DNA from: Amoeboaphelidium protococcarum X5
Lineage: Eukaryota > Fungi > Aphelidiomycota
Reading direction: 5' to 3'
DNA length: 64,000 nucleotides
NCBI GenBank assembly: GCA_023515725.1
Contig: JALDTO010000266.1
Span: forward strand, 692,708 to 756,707
Below, piece after piece: positions 13,113-28,329 of this stretch. A program made the translations under genes and the position numbers. Below the pieces are notes generated by a model. It saw nothing but the letters and a program-made list of their open reading frames with translations. It ran no database searches and was not told the origin of the DNA. Positions within the stretch are counted from its first letter, which is position 1; each line of letters starts with the position of its first letter.

Positions 13113-14371
13113 GATGATCCTAATAATTTTATATTATCTTTCTATTAATTTATAAAATCCCAAATTTAATTTGCGTATGAGCAGGAGAGTGAGAGTTTGA
13201 TGGCTTTAATATAATTGGAATGAATGTAGTCAATCGCAATACAAACGGACAAGAATGTTTACAGATGACACAGAGACAGTCAACAGACCAACAATAACAC
13301 TTTAGATAGTCGCCAACCAAAAAAGTATGTTTAATGCCCCACAAAATAAGTCAGCAGAGACAAAATCTACACGACAATAAAACCGACAGCACACACAATG
13401 TGAAATTGACAGAGATTGACTGACTGATTGAGTGAGTGATCGGTAAACTAAATTTCGAGGCAATTACAAAGCAGTGAATTGTATAGCCGGCTGAATAAAG
13501 TTTGTAAGGTGGCTTGCGTCGGGAAAGGAGTAGACGCGAAACTGAAAATTTGCCTCTCTCAATCTGATCGATTGGTGGTGAGGGCGGAGAACGAAGAAAA
13601 TACGGCAAGAAGAGATATTCTCTGAAGCGATACCCCTCTTCGTTCCTCGAGTTACGCGTCTCTTCTTCATTGTTGATAAAACTGTCTCAGCTACTGTTTA
13701 GTGATTCCATTTATCTTGAAGCTCTACTAAATAGCTAATTATTATTGCTGCCGAAAGTATACTGAAAAGCATTTTAACCCTAATTTGTAATGTTGCGGTT
13801 AGAACTTTTTTGCTCGATAATTTCGAATTTGGCGGATGCCGCTCAGCAGCGCTGAAAGTTTAGGTTGAGTCTTTCACTCTTTTTGCTATTAAAGGTTTTT
13901 CTTATTTTCATTTACAGCCAAGTCAACATCTACAATGAAAAGTGTTAAATTACGCGTTCAACACTCGTACACTTTATCTAATATGATTTAATTGTGTATT
14001 GTGTGTTGATTATTGTCGTAATAATGTATATAATTGCCCGACTCAGCACTTTAGATTTAGAAATTAGTGAATCTTGAGTTCCTGTTGAGGCTAGATTGAA
14101 AGGTGCATGTTTGAGGCGACACTCTTTTCTTATCATCAGAGTGTCGTTATAGGTGTTGTCACCAACATTTTAGTTATCTATGATTTTCATTTTCATGTAA
14201 TACTCCAAGTCATTTATGATATCAATCAGTATTTATTACGCGTTTTGTATAAATTGTTGATTTATGAAGTCTATAGTTTTAATAAAGCTAAATTAAGCAA
14301 ATTTTATATCCCACAACTACAGTATATTACCACAATAAGTTCAAGTAGTCACACACTCACAAATGCGTATG

Positions 14372-15265
14372 TCAAGCCATGTCTTCATCATTGTTAATCT
14401 TTGGTGCCAGGTAGTATCTCAAATGGCCAATGTTGTCCATCACATACTCCACCAGCAGAGGCACGTCTTGACTCATTCTGATGTTGACTCTCTTGGCAAG
14501 GGTGCTAGCCTTGGAAAATTAGCCCAAATACTTGAGAGAGAACATTTGAGACACGGCAGAGTCCAGAGTGATGATGGTTGGCTCATAATCAGCCTCCGCG
14601 TCACCCTTCTTCTTGCCACCTCTGCCCTTCTTCTAGGTGCTGCTTTCTTCTTCCTCATCATCTTCATCATCATCGTCAATAGCATAAGACTTCTTACCGG
14701 CATCAACGGTGCTGTTCTGCCTGATTGTAATAGTACCATTGCCTAGTTCACCTTCGACAGAGAATCTAACCGACTCCTTGTTCACCGAGATGACCATCGA
14801 CTCGCCCAGTGTGGCCAAGTCGCGACAAATACGCTGAAACTCTGCAGCACTCATGGTAACATTCGCCTCATAATCTGTGTCTGGAATGGCCAGGTGCTCT
14901 TGCTCAATGTCCATCAATTTGAGGTCATACTCGCCAACACGCTCATTCTTACCCTCAAACTTGAAGCCAATAACATCAGCATCATCGCTAGCACTCAAGG
15001 TCAGCTTGTCCTGGTCGGTAGAACACTTCAAGATCTTGTTCATGCTCACCACATTAATACCCAGAGTGATGTTTCTGTCACAGCGATAGACTTCAAAAGC
15101 CTCGGCACTCAGCAGCAAAGATACCAGAGCAACATGAGCATTGTCCATAGACTGCAAGAAGATACCTTGGTCGCTACAATCCCAATTCACATCGGTGACG
15201 AGATCCTATATGCTACCGAGAAGACGCTTAAATACCAACGCTTAAGTGAGAGTAGCTTCAAACAT
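14372..15265 (-). CDS. PCNA: Proliferating cell nuclear antigen (297 aa) with acidic/basic loop insertion
   Basis: [61 protein letters not shown]; four in-frame TAR codons. Confidence 0.97.
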
Positions 15266-15357
15266 ATTTCAATACGAATTAATATACTATGCAAATATAC
15301 AGTATATGTAGAGATAATTGCTTCTTCGTAAAATTGTTACAAAGTACCGGGAGAGGA

Positions 15358-15406
15358 ACGCGAAGTATCAACGCGAAACTCAAACGGAGCGGACTGGGAA
15401 ACGCGG
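15358..15406. promoter_or_regulatory. Cluster of three ACGCG-core (MCB/SCB-like) sites upstream of PCNA
   Basis: ACGCGAA 15358, ACGCGAAA 15371, ACGCGG 15401, 93-140 bp before the PCNA ATG. Confidence 0.5.
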
Positions 15407-15591
15407 TAAAGACGCAAGGCATTTGGTTTCAACGACTTCAGTGATCCAAAAAGGAAATAGCGGTAGCTGTGGTGTAGGCGCCACTTGAATTATAATAAGT
15501 AGAACAACTTGCAAGTCAGAGTCTTTGCTTTGGAAAACAATTGTTTGCGCGATGTATTGTGAATTCTTTGTTACACCGAATTGACTCAAAC

Positions 15592-16004
15592 ATGGAGTAC
15601 ATCAAAGTACGTTATTTCGTCTTTGTATATCTTATCTTTATACTAACAACGTTTTTAAAATTGATTGATGGAGCTTGACGCGAAAACAACTATCAAAACG
15701 CTTAGAGAGTCGCTTGAGTAATGTAAAATAAATATTCAGGCAATCTACTGAGAGAGACGTTTTTGTAGAGTTTGATGATCTATCAAAGTCGTATGACTAA
15801 CTGATTTCCATTTCAAGTGCGCGTGACTTGGGCAGTTCTATTAATGCTGAAGGTATTATCTTCACTCACAGAATTTTATGATTGTATTCATTTTCCTTTA
15901 TTGTGCGTACTGTAGTGCAATTGAAGTAGTCAAACTTAGTAATGGATTGCAACAAGCTTATGACCAAATTAGAGGCGTTAAAAGCAGTGACTAAGAATGA
16001 ATGA
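15592..16004 (+). CDS. Small multi-exon hypothetical protein (~85 aa, helical); exon structure uncertain
   Basis: ATG GAG TAC ATC AAA|GTACGT donor, TACTAAC at 15641, GT..TAG intron 15853..15915 preserving the frame to TGA 16002; the middle junction is not resolved. Confidence 0.4.
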
Positions 16005-16098
16005 ATGAAATAGTCTGTGCTTACTATATGAATTGCACTCATTTACAATTACAACCATGTATAAAAATCTATATATTTCCCAAATTATCATCAGTACA

Positions 16099-18537
<2,439 letters not shown>

Positions 18538-18695
18538 TGTTATTGATTCAATTAGTATTAAAGATAGCACGAATAATATAGAAAGGGATTAAAGTACAGA
18601 ATCAAGCTCAACAATATCAGGACGCAAAAGTCTATTTTTAGAGAGATCAAAGCCCATAGTCAGATGGGCAACACTTCAATCTTTAAACTCAAATA

Positions 18696-19654
18696 TCAAA
18701 TCCTAGATCGCTTTGTAAGAGCTTTCTTTGCACTCTTCTATTGTCTCACTTGGACATCAGTAGATGCTAAAATTTTTTTCTTGATGTTCATTATCCAATC
18801 ACTATACTGTACAGTCAAAACGTCATAATCAGGAACCTACACACAGCATTTATTTAATGGAGATAATGTCAACGGTATATCAATTTTACCATTGAAACTA
18901 TTCCAGTTTGATACACTCTTGCCTTTTTATCAGATGGCTACTATGATGAATTATCGGCAACGTGAGTTTTTTCATCGCCCTCGGCTTAAATCGCTCTCCT
19001 TGACTTTTTGCTTGCCGATGCCAGAAGCGTTTCAAACTCTTTGGCGTCAAGCTGAGAAAGAAATGCCTTTATCGGCTATTACTCCATCAACTTACCCTTT
19101 ATGGAATTCACTTCTTTGGTTGTCACTTATTAGCCATCACATAACTCCTTGACTTTTACTTTGAATTTGATCGCGTCACAAACCAGCAAAAAGTTGGCAA
19201 TGAAGAGAGCAGTCTGCAGTTTAACCTCTGCATGCCGACTGGTGTAAACCTAATCCATGACCAATTGATGAAATTTCTTAAATGAACTTAGCAATGGCGA
19301 GCAACCATATTTAATAGATAATTCATGATAAATGTCGCGGTCTTTAGCCTGATCTCCATCCAACTTCATCAAACCAGAGTTTTTGATAATTGCCTATGAG
19401 CATTAGATTTACTCCGCGAAATCCTTTGAACTCAAACCACAACTTTTCACCAAAGCCTATTGGTTATAATTAAAATTGAGATATTTCAATGCCAGAGAGA
19501 CGCTGACCGGCGCCAGTGAGACACCAGATAATGAGCTGCCATCAATGTTCCTTTTCAAAATCCTCATATTCTCTGAAGACTTGGCAACTGCCTACTTGAA
19601 CTCTGCATCGGACAGCTCTGTCGAGCACTGCTTTACAATGGTTGCAATATTCAT
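18696..19654 (-). CDS. ORC6: Origin recognition complex subunit 6 (301 aa); intron 18837..18889
   Basis: Pattern match to Orc6: KSSENMRIL, LVKSCGLS, ELSIKYGC, ALFIANFLLVCDAIKFKVK, GIVSM, C-terminal YSDWIMNIKKKIL (cf. YEEWKRKIL). Confidence 0.75.
18837..18889 (-). other. Spliceosomal intron (53 nt, GTAAAA...GTAG, phase 0)
   Basis: Removal joins GIVSM to the conserved Orc6 C-terminal helix. Confidence 0.7.
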
Positions 19655-19806
19655 TAGGGATTCAAGCTGAAGTTTTCTGAGTGAAATGAAAGTTGAAACA
19701 ACATGAGACGAGCGCGACTTTCAAAGATCAAACGCGCTTCAACACAAAGCTTGTATGAAAAGTTTAGTATAGAAAATATTCAGTAGTAGTTCATTTCATA
19801 CAAGGT

Positions 19807-21630
19807 TCATTTAATCAGAGTCCTGAGTTGCTCCAGAATAGTGAGTAGCATGTCCTTGTCACAAGGCACAAAGTAGCACTCTACACCATCAGAATTGTCA
19901 CCAACAACGACGACATCGTGATCAGTAAGCTCCGTCAATAAATTCCTGAAAGACGTCGTAGTGCTAGTCAAGAACTTGTCTCTACACTTGTTAAAGTAAT
20001 TCTGAAATGTCAAACCAGAATCCGCAAATACAGCAATGTCATCCAATGCCAACTCCTACAGCTAATGCTCAACCAGGAGAATCAAGATATTTTTCGCATT
20101 CTCCACCAAACTATCCAGCACGAACATCACTCTACGAATATCCATTTTCTGCTACTGATGAGAACTCTACAAGACGCCATCCATTCCAATAGATATGATT
20201 TCCTACTGAGAACTTTTACTGACATTTTGAGCCAGCAAATTCTCAAAGTCATAATGAGCAAAGGTGGTCAAATCGTGAAAAATCAGATTCAGGGAATTGA
20301 CCTGTCTTTCATCCAGTAATTAGGCAAAATGTAAATGATCCACACTGCAAACCAAATGAACAAACTAAGATTGGCAGAGTATCTGTAGGCTTTCGTAAAA
20401 GCTTTGATTTCTCAGAGAAGGACCATCGAGATGATGCACCACAAGATACATAGGCTCCTTGAGCACTTCGACTAGAATATGCGAAAGATCAGTGACATTT
20501 CCAACAGGATTGATTTTAGGTTTAATGAACTTTAACGCGCTGATAAGAACTTCTCTCAGAGACAATTAAGAACTCAGACCATACATTTCAATCACCAAAC
20601 CATTCAGCAGAGTTTAAACAAATTCCTTAATTAGACTCGTCTTATCACCAAGTCCATAAAACATGAGATTGAAACCAAAGTCCAATTCAAAACGCCATTA
20701 TGTAAACTTATTCCGGTGCTGCTTCTCTAAATTCAACTTCAAATCATGGTTTTGTATTTCCATTTCAGAAAGTAGAGTCGAGATATTCTCCACATTCAGT
20801 TAAGGCAGGTCAGCAAGAGTATTATCTGAAGTTTTAGAAGATCTCATTCGATTCAGAACGTTGAAATATGCAGCATCTTCTTCATCAGACTCCTAATCAG
20901 TCTCTATGTATTACACTTGCGAAGATGAACTTTATGACTATTTTTACTTATTTGAAGATGGTTTAGATGGCGTCTATACCAAAGAGTCAAACTAATCGTT
21001 TACACCATCATGCGGCAGACTCTCGCGCTTCACAGGACTCTCCCAGTCATCATCACCATCATCATCACTCAATTCTTCTTCACCTTCGTCGCTCGTCTCC
21101 ACGTCATCCATTAGCCGCTTCATAGCTGCATCTATCACACGTTGTCTACGTATGCCCTTAGTTCTAGGAGTTTCCTCAATATTTGAACTGTCTACACCAT
21201 TATCATTCAGTGAATGACTTTCAGCCAGACCAAACTTCCTAATAGGAGTCAGATAGGTGCCGCCTTTACTTGGTGTGAGCACAGTGGAGGATTATAATTA
21301 TTATCCGCGGCCAGGGATTTGTTTCAGCGAGGCCGTTCTTCGATGTTGTGGGGTGCGCGCTTCAGACTCCACAGCTTATGAACGCAGTTAGTATTTTTTA
21401 GATGGAGTCTATTCAGTAGCATTGGACTGTTACCTATTTTCAGCAGCTTAATTATTCACTTCTTTGGGAGATTCGTTTTCTTGCTCAGACTTGGCAGAAT
21501 TGGACAGTGGAGAGGATCGGAGTCTGACTGAGCGGCGCCTTGAGATTTAGCTCTTTGACGGGGTAGCCATGTTGGACTCGCTTTTAATGCTAGCACTTTC
21601 AACAAGTCCCTGAGAAGCACTTTGACCCAT
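19807..21630 (-). CDS. ORC2: Origin recognition complex subunit 2 (~607 aa)
   Basis: Disordered S/T-P-rich N-terminus; QWRFELDFGFNLMFYGLGDK, YLVVHHLDGPSLR, SVDH, FHDLTTFAHY, C-terminal winged helix LTELTDH. Confidence 0.93.
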
Positions 21631-21833
21631 TGACTATCTTGTTTTCATTCTAAAGTATCTGATAATGACAGTACCCTACAAAGAGTAACCAGAGAAGTTT
21701 ACACAAGTCAATGGAGAACAGAGTGAAAAGCGAAACAATTCAACGCGCGCTTTGGATCACATTTAACCAAACCAACGCTACTCTGGTATAAAGATTTGAT
21801 ATCAATGCGACCCAATATTAAGAAATATTTTAT

Positions 21834-24800
21834 TCACTATTTGTTCACCTTGTCACGTATATCATTCAAAAATTGAATATAAGTGGATCCAAACTCGGAG
21901 CGGTCTTCAATCAGATTGTGCAAGAAGGCAATCTTGTACGGATCTGAGACGTCTTCCTTCACAACGATCACCGGGGCATAAACGTACTTTCTTAACAACT
22001 ACTGACTGCGGATACATTGTATGATATTTCTAACGCGCACATTAAGACCAGTCTGTAGTTCAGGCAGAGCCTACTTTCCAACCTGCAACTACTCATAAGT
22101 TGGACGATCAAACAGTTCTTGAATGATATTCTCCGGCACAGCCCGTCCAACCCACAAGGTCAAAGAATCAAACGTATCCATCAAATACAAACCATGTCTA
22201 GCAAATCGTTCAGAAGTCAATGTAACAGGCTGAGGCATTATAATTCCATTGACAAGGGCAGCATCTTCACCTTCAGCAGGAAGTCCCACAGGAGCAGGCA
22301 TAGAATGTAACTCGTACAATGATGGATAGATCAGGATTGAAGACAATTCGGCAGGCAATGTTCTCAAAAATGACATTGCATGTACACGAATATCTGATGG
22401 TGTATGAGAACCGCATCTCAACGCCTTGTTCTTAATCAGGCCCAAAGTCATAAGAGGCATCAACTTGAGATTCTCACACGCAAGCAACTGAGGATTCTGG
22501 CCAGCTGAACTGAATGAAGTTTTATACACTTTCAGCACATCAACGCACTTGTTAATCAAAGCATCTCTAGCATCTTCCAACTTGGCAGTAACGGCTCGCT
22601 CCACGGCCATCTTACCTAGCAGATTTATCATGGCCATCTAATCAACATTCTTGAACAGCTCAGCCATATCATTCACCACAGGGAACGATGTAGTAATGAT
22701 TCGTATTCTCCTCTCACTAAAGTCTGTCGTGTAGAGCAGTGCAGTCTGAATGCAAGCAAACTCGTAATTGAGATTCTCTTCAATCGTCAACTGGAAACCG
22801 AAAGAATTATCTGGAGACACAGTTGGCAATGATAGCAGGTCGGAAGATCTCGTAAAGAAGTTGCCGTGGAACGCATCAATCCTAATGCCTTTAGAAGCAC
22901 GCACTCTTAACACTGCCTCAAGACCCATCGGACGAGACAGAAAGTGCTGCATCTCAGAAGTAAACTTAACAGTGTCCTCCATTCTACTAGAATTAAAGCC
23001 TGGATAATAATAGACAGTTCCCGCTGTGTATCTTACAGCACTGCTTAGAGTCACCAAATCCAGATACTAATTGCCAAATAAGAACAAATCAACGCTGACT
23101 TGTAGACGAGAACACTCCACGGCAAACGTCTTATAAAATGATATGGACTACTACAACAGAGTGTTCTCAGCACTAGTGCCCAACATCTTTGGATCTTCAC
23201 GAGGACTGACTGCACCCGGACCAACTGATGGCATAGCACTCTGCAACATCACCAACTTTCCACCAATGTTACTGATCATTTTCAACGCAGACTACATACC
23301 GGCGCCCATAGCGTTTTAATTCCCCTGAGGATTTTGGTACAGTTAAGGCAACTAATCCAATAAATTGTCAATACTTTCTCTGCACTCACTCAAGTTGACC
23401 AGAAGACTCTCCGGCATGGGAGGATCAGCATCATCTAGATCTGACATTACCATAATCTGCGGCTCTCCACTCTCAGTATTAAGATTAAAGTAATGAATGT
23501 GCGCATCCACCGCCATAAATCCAACCTTTGACCGTCCATCCTCATTAGGAATAGAATCCAGATTGTTACGAAGACATCTAGTGACTGCAGGAAGCATTCC
23601 ACAAGCCACGGCAGAATAAGAGACATCAATCACAAATATGTAGACAGGAGGCTATGGTGGTCTAACCATATACTCTTGAGGTGCTACATACTCGATACAG
23701 GAGTATTAAACTTCTGGTCTATTGTATCTATTGAAAGACTACTGCTAATCACCACCCTACTACCCAGAGTCATAATCGAAGAAGGCCGGCGTATCATTAA
23801 TCAGAAAACACACATTGCATCTCCAATGACCTGAGTCCACATACTAAATGTAAGGATTAATATAGGTACGACATCTTTTACACCTAATAATGCCTGGTGC
23901 CTCAAACACCGGCTATCCCGGATCTTGACGTGAACTCATCCCCATCACTGGCACACATTCATTGTCAGCCACAGTCTTAAATGGATTGATCACTATTCCA
24001 AAAGGCAATTTACTCTTGGACAACAAATTGTAAGACTGCGGCGCCACATTCAACGTCAATCTTTGGAAATTAGTGGGAGCACTGGCTGGAGGCATTTACT
24101 GATGCAGCGAAGGCATAGCCGGTGGAGATGGAATTCTAGCAATAGCTTACAGATCAGGCATAAGACCAATTAAAGGAATCGCATTCAGAGCCTGATTGTT
24201 CTACGCAGTTAGACTCATGGAATTGAACTGCTAGTGCAAAGGCTATTACTGCTACTATTACTACTAATACGGCTATTACTATTATTGTTATTGCATCGGC
24301 TGAAACTACTGAGACGATGACAATGAACCAGCAGATTATTATCCTTCATACTGCGGATACTATTACTGCTATTAAGGTGCTACCTACTAATACTACATCT
24401 AAGAACCAGGGGATGCAGGAGACTAAGTGTACGCAGACGTTATTGATCCAGGATAAAGTCTTCTACGATTGGAAGCATTCTACTATTACTACTACTGCAA
24501 TTAAACACCACTGCCTGTAAACGAATGTTGACTAGATCCAGCGGACATTGGAGGAGACGCCTACTAGTATTGTCCATTCTACTAATACTACTGCTGTTAT
24601 GAAATTGGCCTTTACTACTGATTGAACGAATGTCCCAAATCTTCAACATCCTGCTACGGTTGTTACTAATGTTATTAATACTATTGCTGTTAAGCTTGTT
24701 GTGAAAATTGTCCATTAGGAGCAGCAAACTATTATGAGCCATTAATACCACTACATATACAAAGTTGAAAGATTACAAAAGTAATTAACATTTTGAACTC

Positions 24801-24903
24801 TTAAAACACACACATACATATCTAACCTTTAATACTGCTAGGAACCAGGTTATGCAAGAGGCTATTATGCCTACTACTAATATTGGGGATAAACTCTCTT
24901 CAT
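21834..24903 (-). CDS. SEC24: COPII cargo adaptor Sec24 (SEC24A/B type, ~997 aa); intron 24751..24826
   Basis: [51 protein letters not shown]...ERRIRI, gelsolin-like C-terminus ending IRDKVNKQ-TGA. Confidence 0.95.
24751..24826 (-). other. Spliceosomal intron (76 nt, GTTAGA...TGTAG, phase 2)
   Basis: Splicing places ATG 24903 (MKRVYPQY) in frame with the Sec24 body. Confidence 0.7.
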
Positions 24904-25439
24904 TTCCAAAGTCAATCTGCCTCAGTGACACACACTTGAACTACTTGCTTGCTCTTACTAGTACAACTGTCGCCAGTTAATGTAAAGAGGAGAAAAGCCC
25001 AAGGAGAGAACGAGAGAAATGAACAAGAACGGTAAGGACGAGGTAAGAACTGGCAGGCGACGATCGCTCGCTCGCTCACAAAATCAGATTTTGATTGCGT
25101 GTCGATGTTTGAGCGGGAGAGAGAGTGTGACAATTAGAACAAATCGGCTTTACTTTTAAGCTTTGCGAGGAATCCTGATAAGAATGCTTATGGTAAGGAA
25201 CTATTGAACCGTTTCAGATTTGAAAATGTTCAAGTACAATATATCATTGAGTTAAGCATCTCACCAGCAATACTAATCTGGACGCGATCAAATCCTCAAC
25301 GAAATCAACAACGAATTTACTAAAATACAACTCTATTTTATTTATTCTAAGTGTACAGTGATAATCACATTATATATAAACTTTATTCTCTACTTGGTAT
25401 ATACTTATAAAGACAGAACGCAAGATCAATCAGATCTAA

Positions 25440-25805
25440 TCATGGCTGGGAATCAAAATCTACCAGTGCAGATACTCGTTCAATGCTAGCTTTGAAAGGA
25501 TCAATACCCATCGACCAGAAGGTTTACATTCTTTAATTAGCCAATCTACTCTACTCTCTAATAAGTCTATTAATGCGTTTCTCTTCCACTGATTATAATT
25601 ATGATGAAGCTGTCTATTGTTGTTACTATTATTACTACTATTACTCAGCGTTCCCTTGGTCATTTGATATAGAATGGGTAGCACTTGACGGCTGAGTATC
25701 GCTTTAATCTGTCACAGTTGTCGGGGGATAAAACTAGTCTCTTTATCGAGCAATTTTCTATTATGTGAAGGATATCATTGGAGGCACTTTACCCGGATCG
25801 GCCAT
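25440..25805 (-). CDS. Hypothetical Gln-rich protein (>=121 aa; an upstream exon near 25977 is possible)
   Basis: MADPGKVPP...poly-Q from mixed TAA/TAG/CAA...FWSMGIDPFK...TGA; frame stays open upstream to ~25970. Confidence 0.5.
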
Positions 25806-26018
25806 GATTTATTGACGAGTTGGATGCTTTAAAATTGGTTTTGAAAAGAATGAGAAGATTGACGGGGTGCTTCTTCCAGTCTCTTGATCATGTCCATAGA
25901 GAGAACTCACATTACAGCGTAATTTCGTTATAATAGCGATTTTAGATTCAAATATATTCACATACTGAGTCACTCATTGATTGATTAATAATTAGACTGG
26001 CGAGACTGAAAATATCTA

Positions 26019-26747
26019 ATGAAACGATCTAGATAAGAAGATTACGCCGCGCAAGATCTAAAACAGAGTGGGCATTAACAATAAATTTCACCATCTACTA
26101 CTACTAAAAAGACACCTAAATGGATGAAGGTGTATGAAAAGTATAGTTCTGAACCTCAAGGATAAACCCCGTTAAGCGAGCGATAGAATGATGAATACTC
26201 ATATTAACTCAATAAAGGTCGATCTAGCTAGCTTCACAGTAAGAACGCTAATGAGAAATCCAAGAGAGGTGGTGGTGGATTTAAGCGAATAGAGCGCAAT
26301 CATGATTATGAACAGGAATTTGAAGGTGCGACTATTGTATAGCTTCCCGAATCTTCGAAATCCGAATAGCTGACATCTTAGAGCGAATTACCACCACCAC
26401 CGGACATCGCAGAGTTGAGTTAAACCAGAGATGCCTCATAGCAATCCTCCTCCTCTAAATACATTGCACCTCAAAAGAGACAAACGCGCGACACTGCTCG
26501 AATAAGTAAGGATAATGAATTGGAAATCTTGACAGTGGACGCTACTGGGTGGACGAAATGCGTCTATAAAGGTGGTGAATATCAGTCTAACCGCTTTGAT
26601 ATCGCCCCAGGATGGAGGTGGGATGGTGTTGACAGATCTAATGGCTATGAAGCGAAATGGCTATCGGAGCACAATGAGAAAATCTTACTACAGTCCCTCA
26701 AGCGATCTGGAGCTTATTAAGAGAGTCAAGAAGATTGGTATCTCTGA
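26019..26747 (+). CDS. BUD13: RES complex splicing factor Bud13/Cwc26 (242 aa)
   Basis: Signature [21 protein letters not shown]; ATG 26019 in frame; TGA 26745. Confidence 0.88.
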
Positions 26748-26831
26748 ATAATAGATTGACTTTTTACAATGATCATAACATACGGATAAATACAATTGTT
26801 AAATTAAGCGGTTATATATTAGCTTGATAAT

Positions 26832-28266
26832 TCACATTTCCACATTACCACTTCGACTACTTACATGGCTATTTTTACTACTATTTTACATTAATGGCGG
26901 TGGCGCAGTGTTGGACTATGAGACACCAATAGTCATTCTCCTCTTGACAGCCTTGATTCTATTAGTGAGCCTGCTACCAGCTGATGGAGGCACCAACTAA
27001 GGCTATACACCATTTCCATGGCCAGAATTAGCAGTTTTACTAGTGCTCTTGCTACTCCCACTACTATTTACCATCTGGAACGGCTCATTATCAGACATGT
27101 TGAGCAGGAACAGCTCCAACCACTTTACCCATAAGACATATTCAACTTCATGTACCAAGAACTCATAATTTACAAACTTTAGAAACTCCATCTCCATAAC
27201 ATTCAACTTGCGCAGCTCAATACCGGTCACTTCACTCCACGCCTTGTTAGAGTAAGAGTGATCATCCAAGTATTTATTACCCAATAAAAGTGCAATGGTG
27301 AACAATCGATATTCTAGCCTAGGATCTCTTCTGTACTAAGCCTTGAATTAATTTTGTTACTACTACTACTGCTTTTTTTAAAATTATGTAGCAGATTACT
27401 TTTAATATACTCCAGGACTTGCAGGTGTTGGAGGAGCGTGTGCAACATTAACCTTCTTCACCGGAGTACAGCCATTCATCTGAAGGTTAACACCAGCTGA
27501 AGAAGAACTGTTAGTCTGCTACACGTAACCACCAGCATTATTATCCATGCACATATCATCATCACCAATGCCGCTACTCTGAGCACAGTTATTCTCCTAA
27601 AATGTGCCCTGGACGAACATAGATTCCACTTTAGGTCTTAGACGATGTAGGTAAAACAAGGCAAGTATAGCGGTAGAGCAGGAGATCTACATCGTCTCCA
27701 GCAAGTGACGCGTATAACCGATAAAGTTGCCATCGATCTAGTTAAACGACGTCGCTTGTGACTCTTACAACTCTCTGGGCACAACTTTCATATTCCAAAC
27801 GTCATTCTTAAGTAGATCGAACCCATGAACATTATCCAAGTACTGATTATATAGATCCGAGTACGAGCCAGTGCCCTGCCAGAAGATCAGATACACCATC
27901 TTGGACACAAATACACCCAACCGCTCACTATAGGGATCGCCAGAGAGAAATGAGTCTCTTCTGCCAGCCGACAATCTATTCAGAGCCTACTTGAAGTTAA
28001 CCTTACTCTTCAGCAGATGACAAGCATCACCCTGATGTAAATTCAAATTGGAGCACTCTTCCGCTATCGTTGACAGAGGAGTTTAACACACGCCACCAAG
28101 AACGTACGGTTGCTGCTATTACTGTTGATGATGCAGCTGCTTCTTCTATGCATTATGAGAAACGAAAGCCTAAGACTGTTCATATCCACCATACGCAGTA
28201 CTAAGCTAAGAAGGCAATTGAGCATGACTATTAGCCAAACTTTTCAAGGCAGCATTATTATAGTAT

Positions 28267-28329
<63 letters not shown>

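Noticed and set aside
13113-14371. 1.26-kb intergenic region as hidden gene or RNA
   Set aside because: No convincing ORF, tRNA or snRNA signature seen by eye
21613-21630. MGQSAS myristoylation-like N-terminus on Orc2
   Set aside because: Start may be the second ATG (21570); weak motif with no other support
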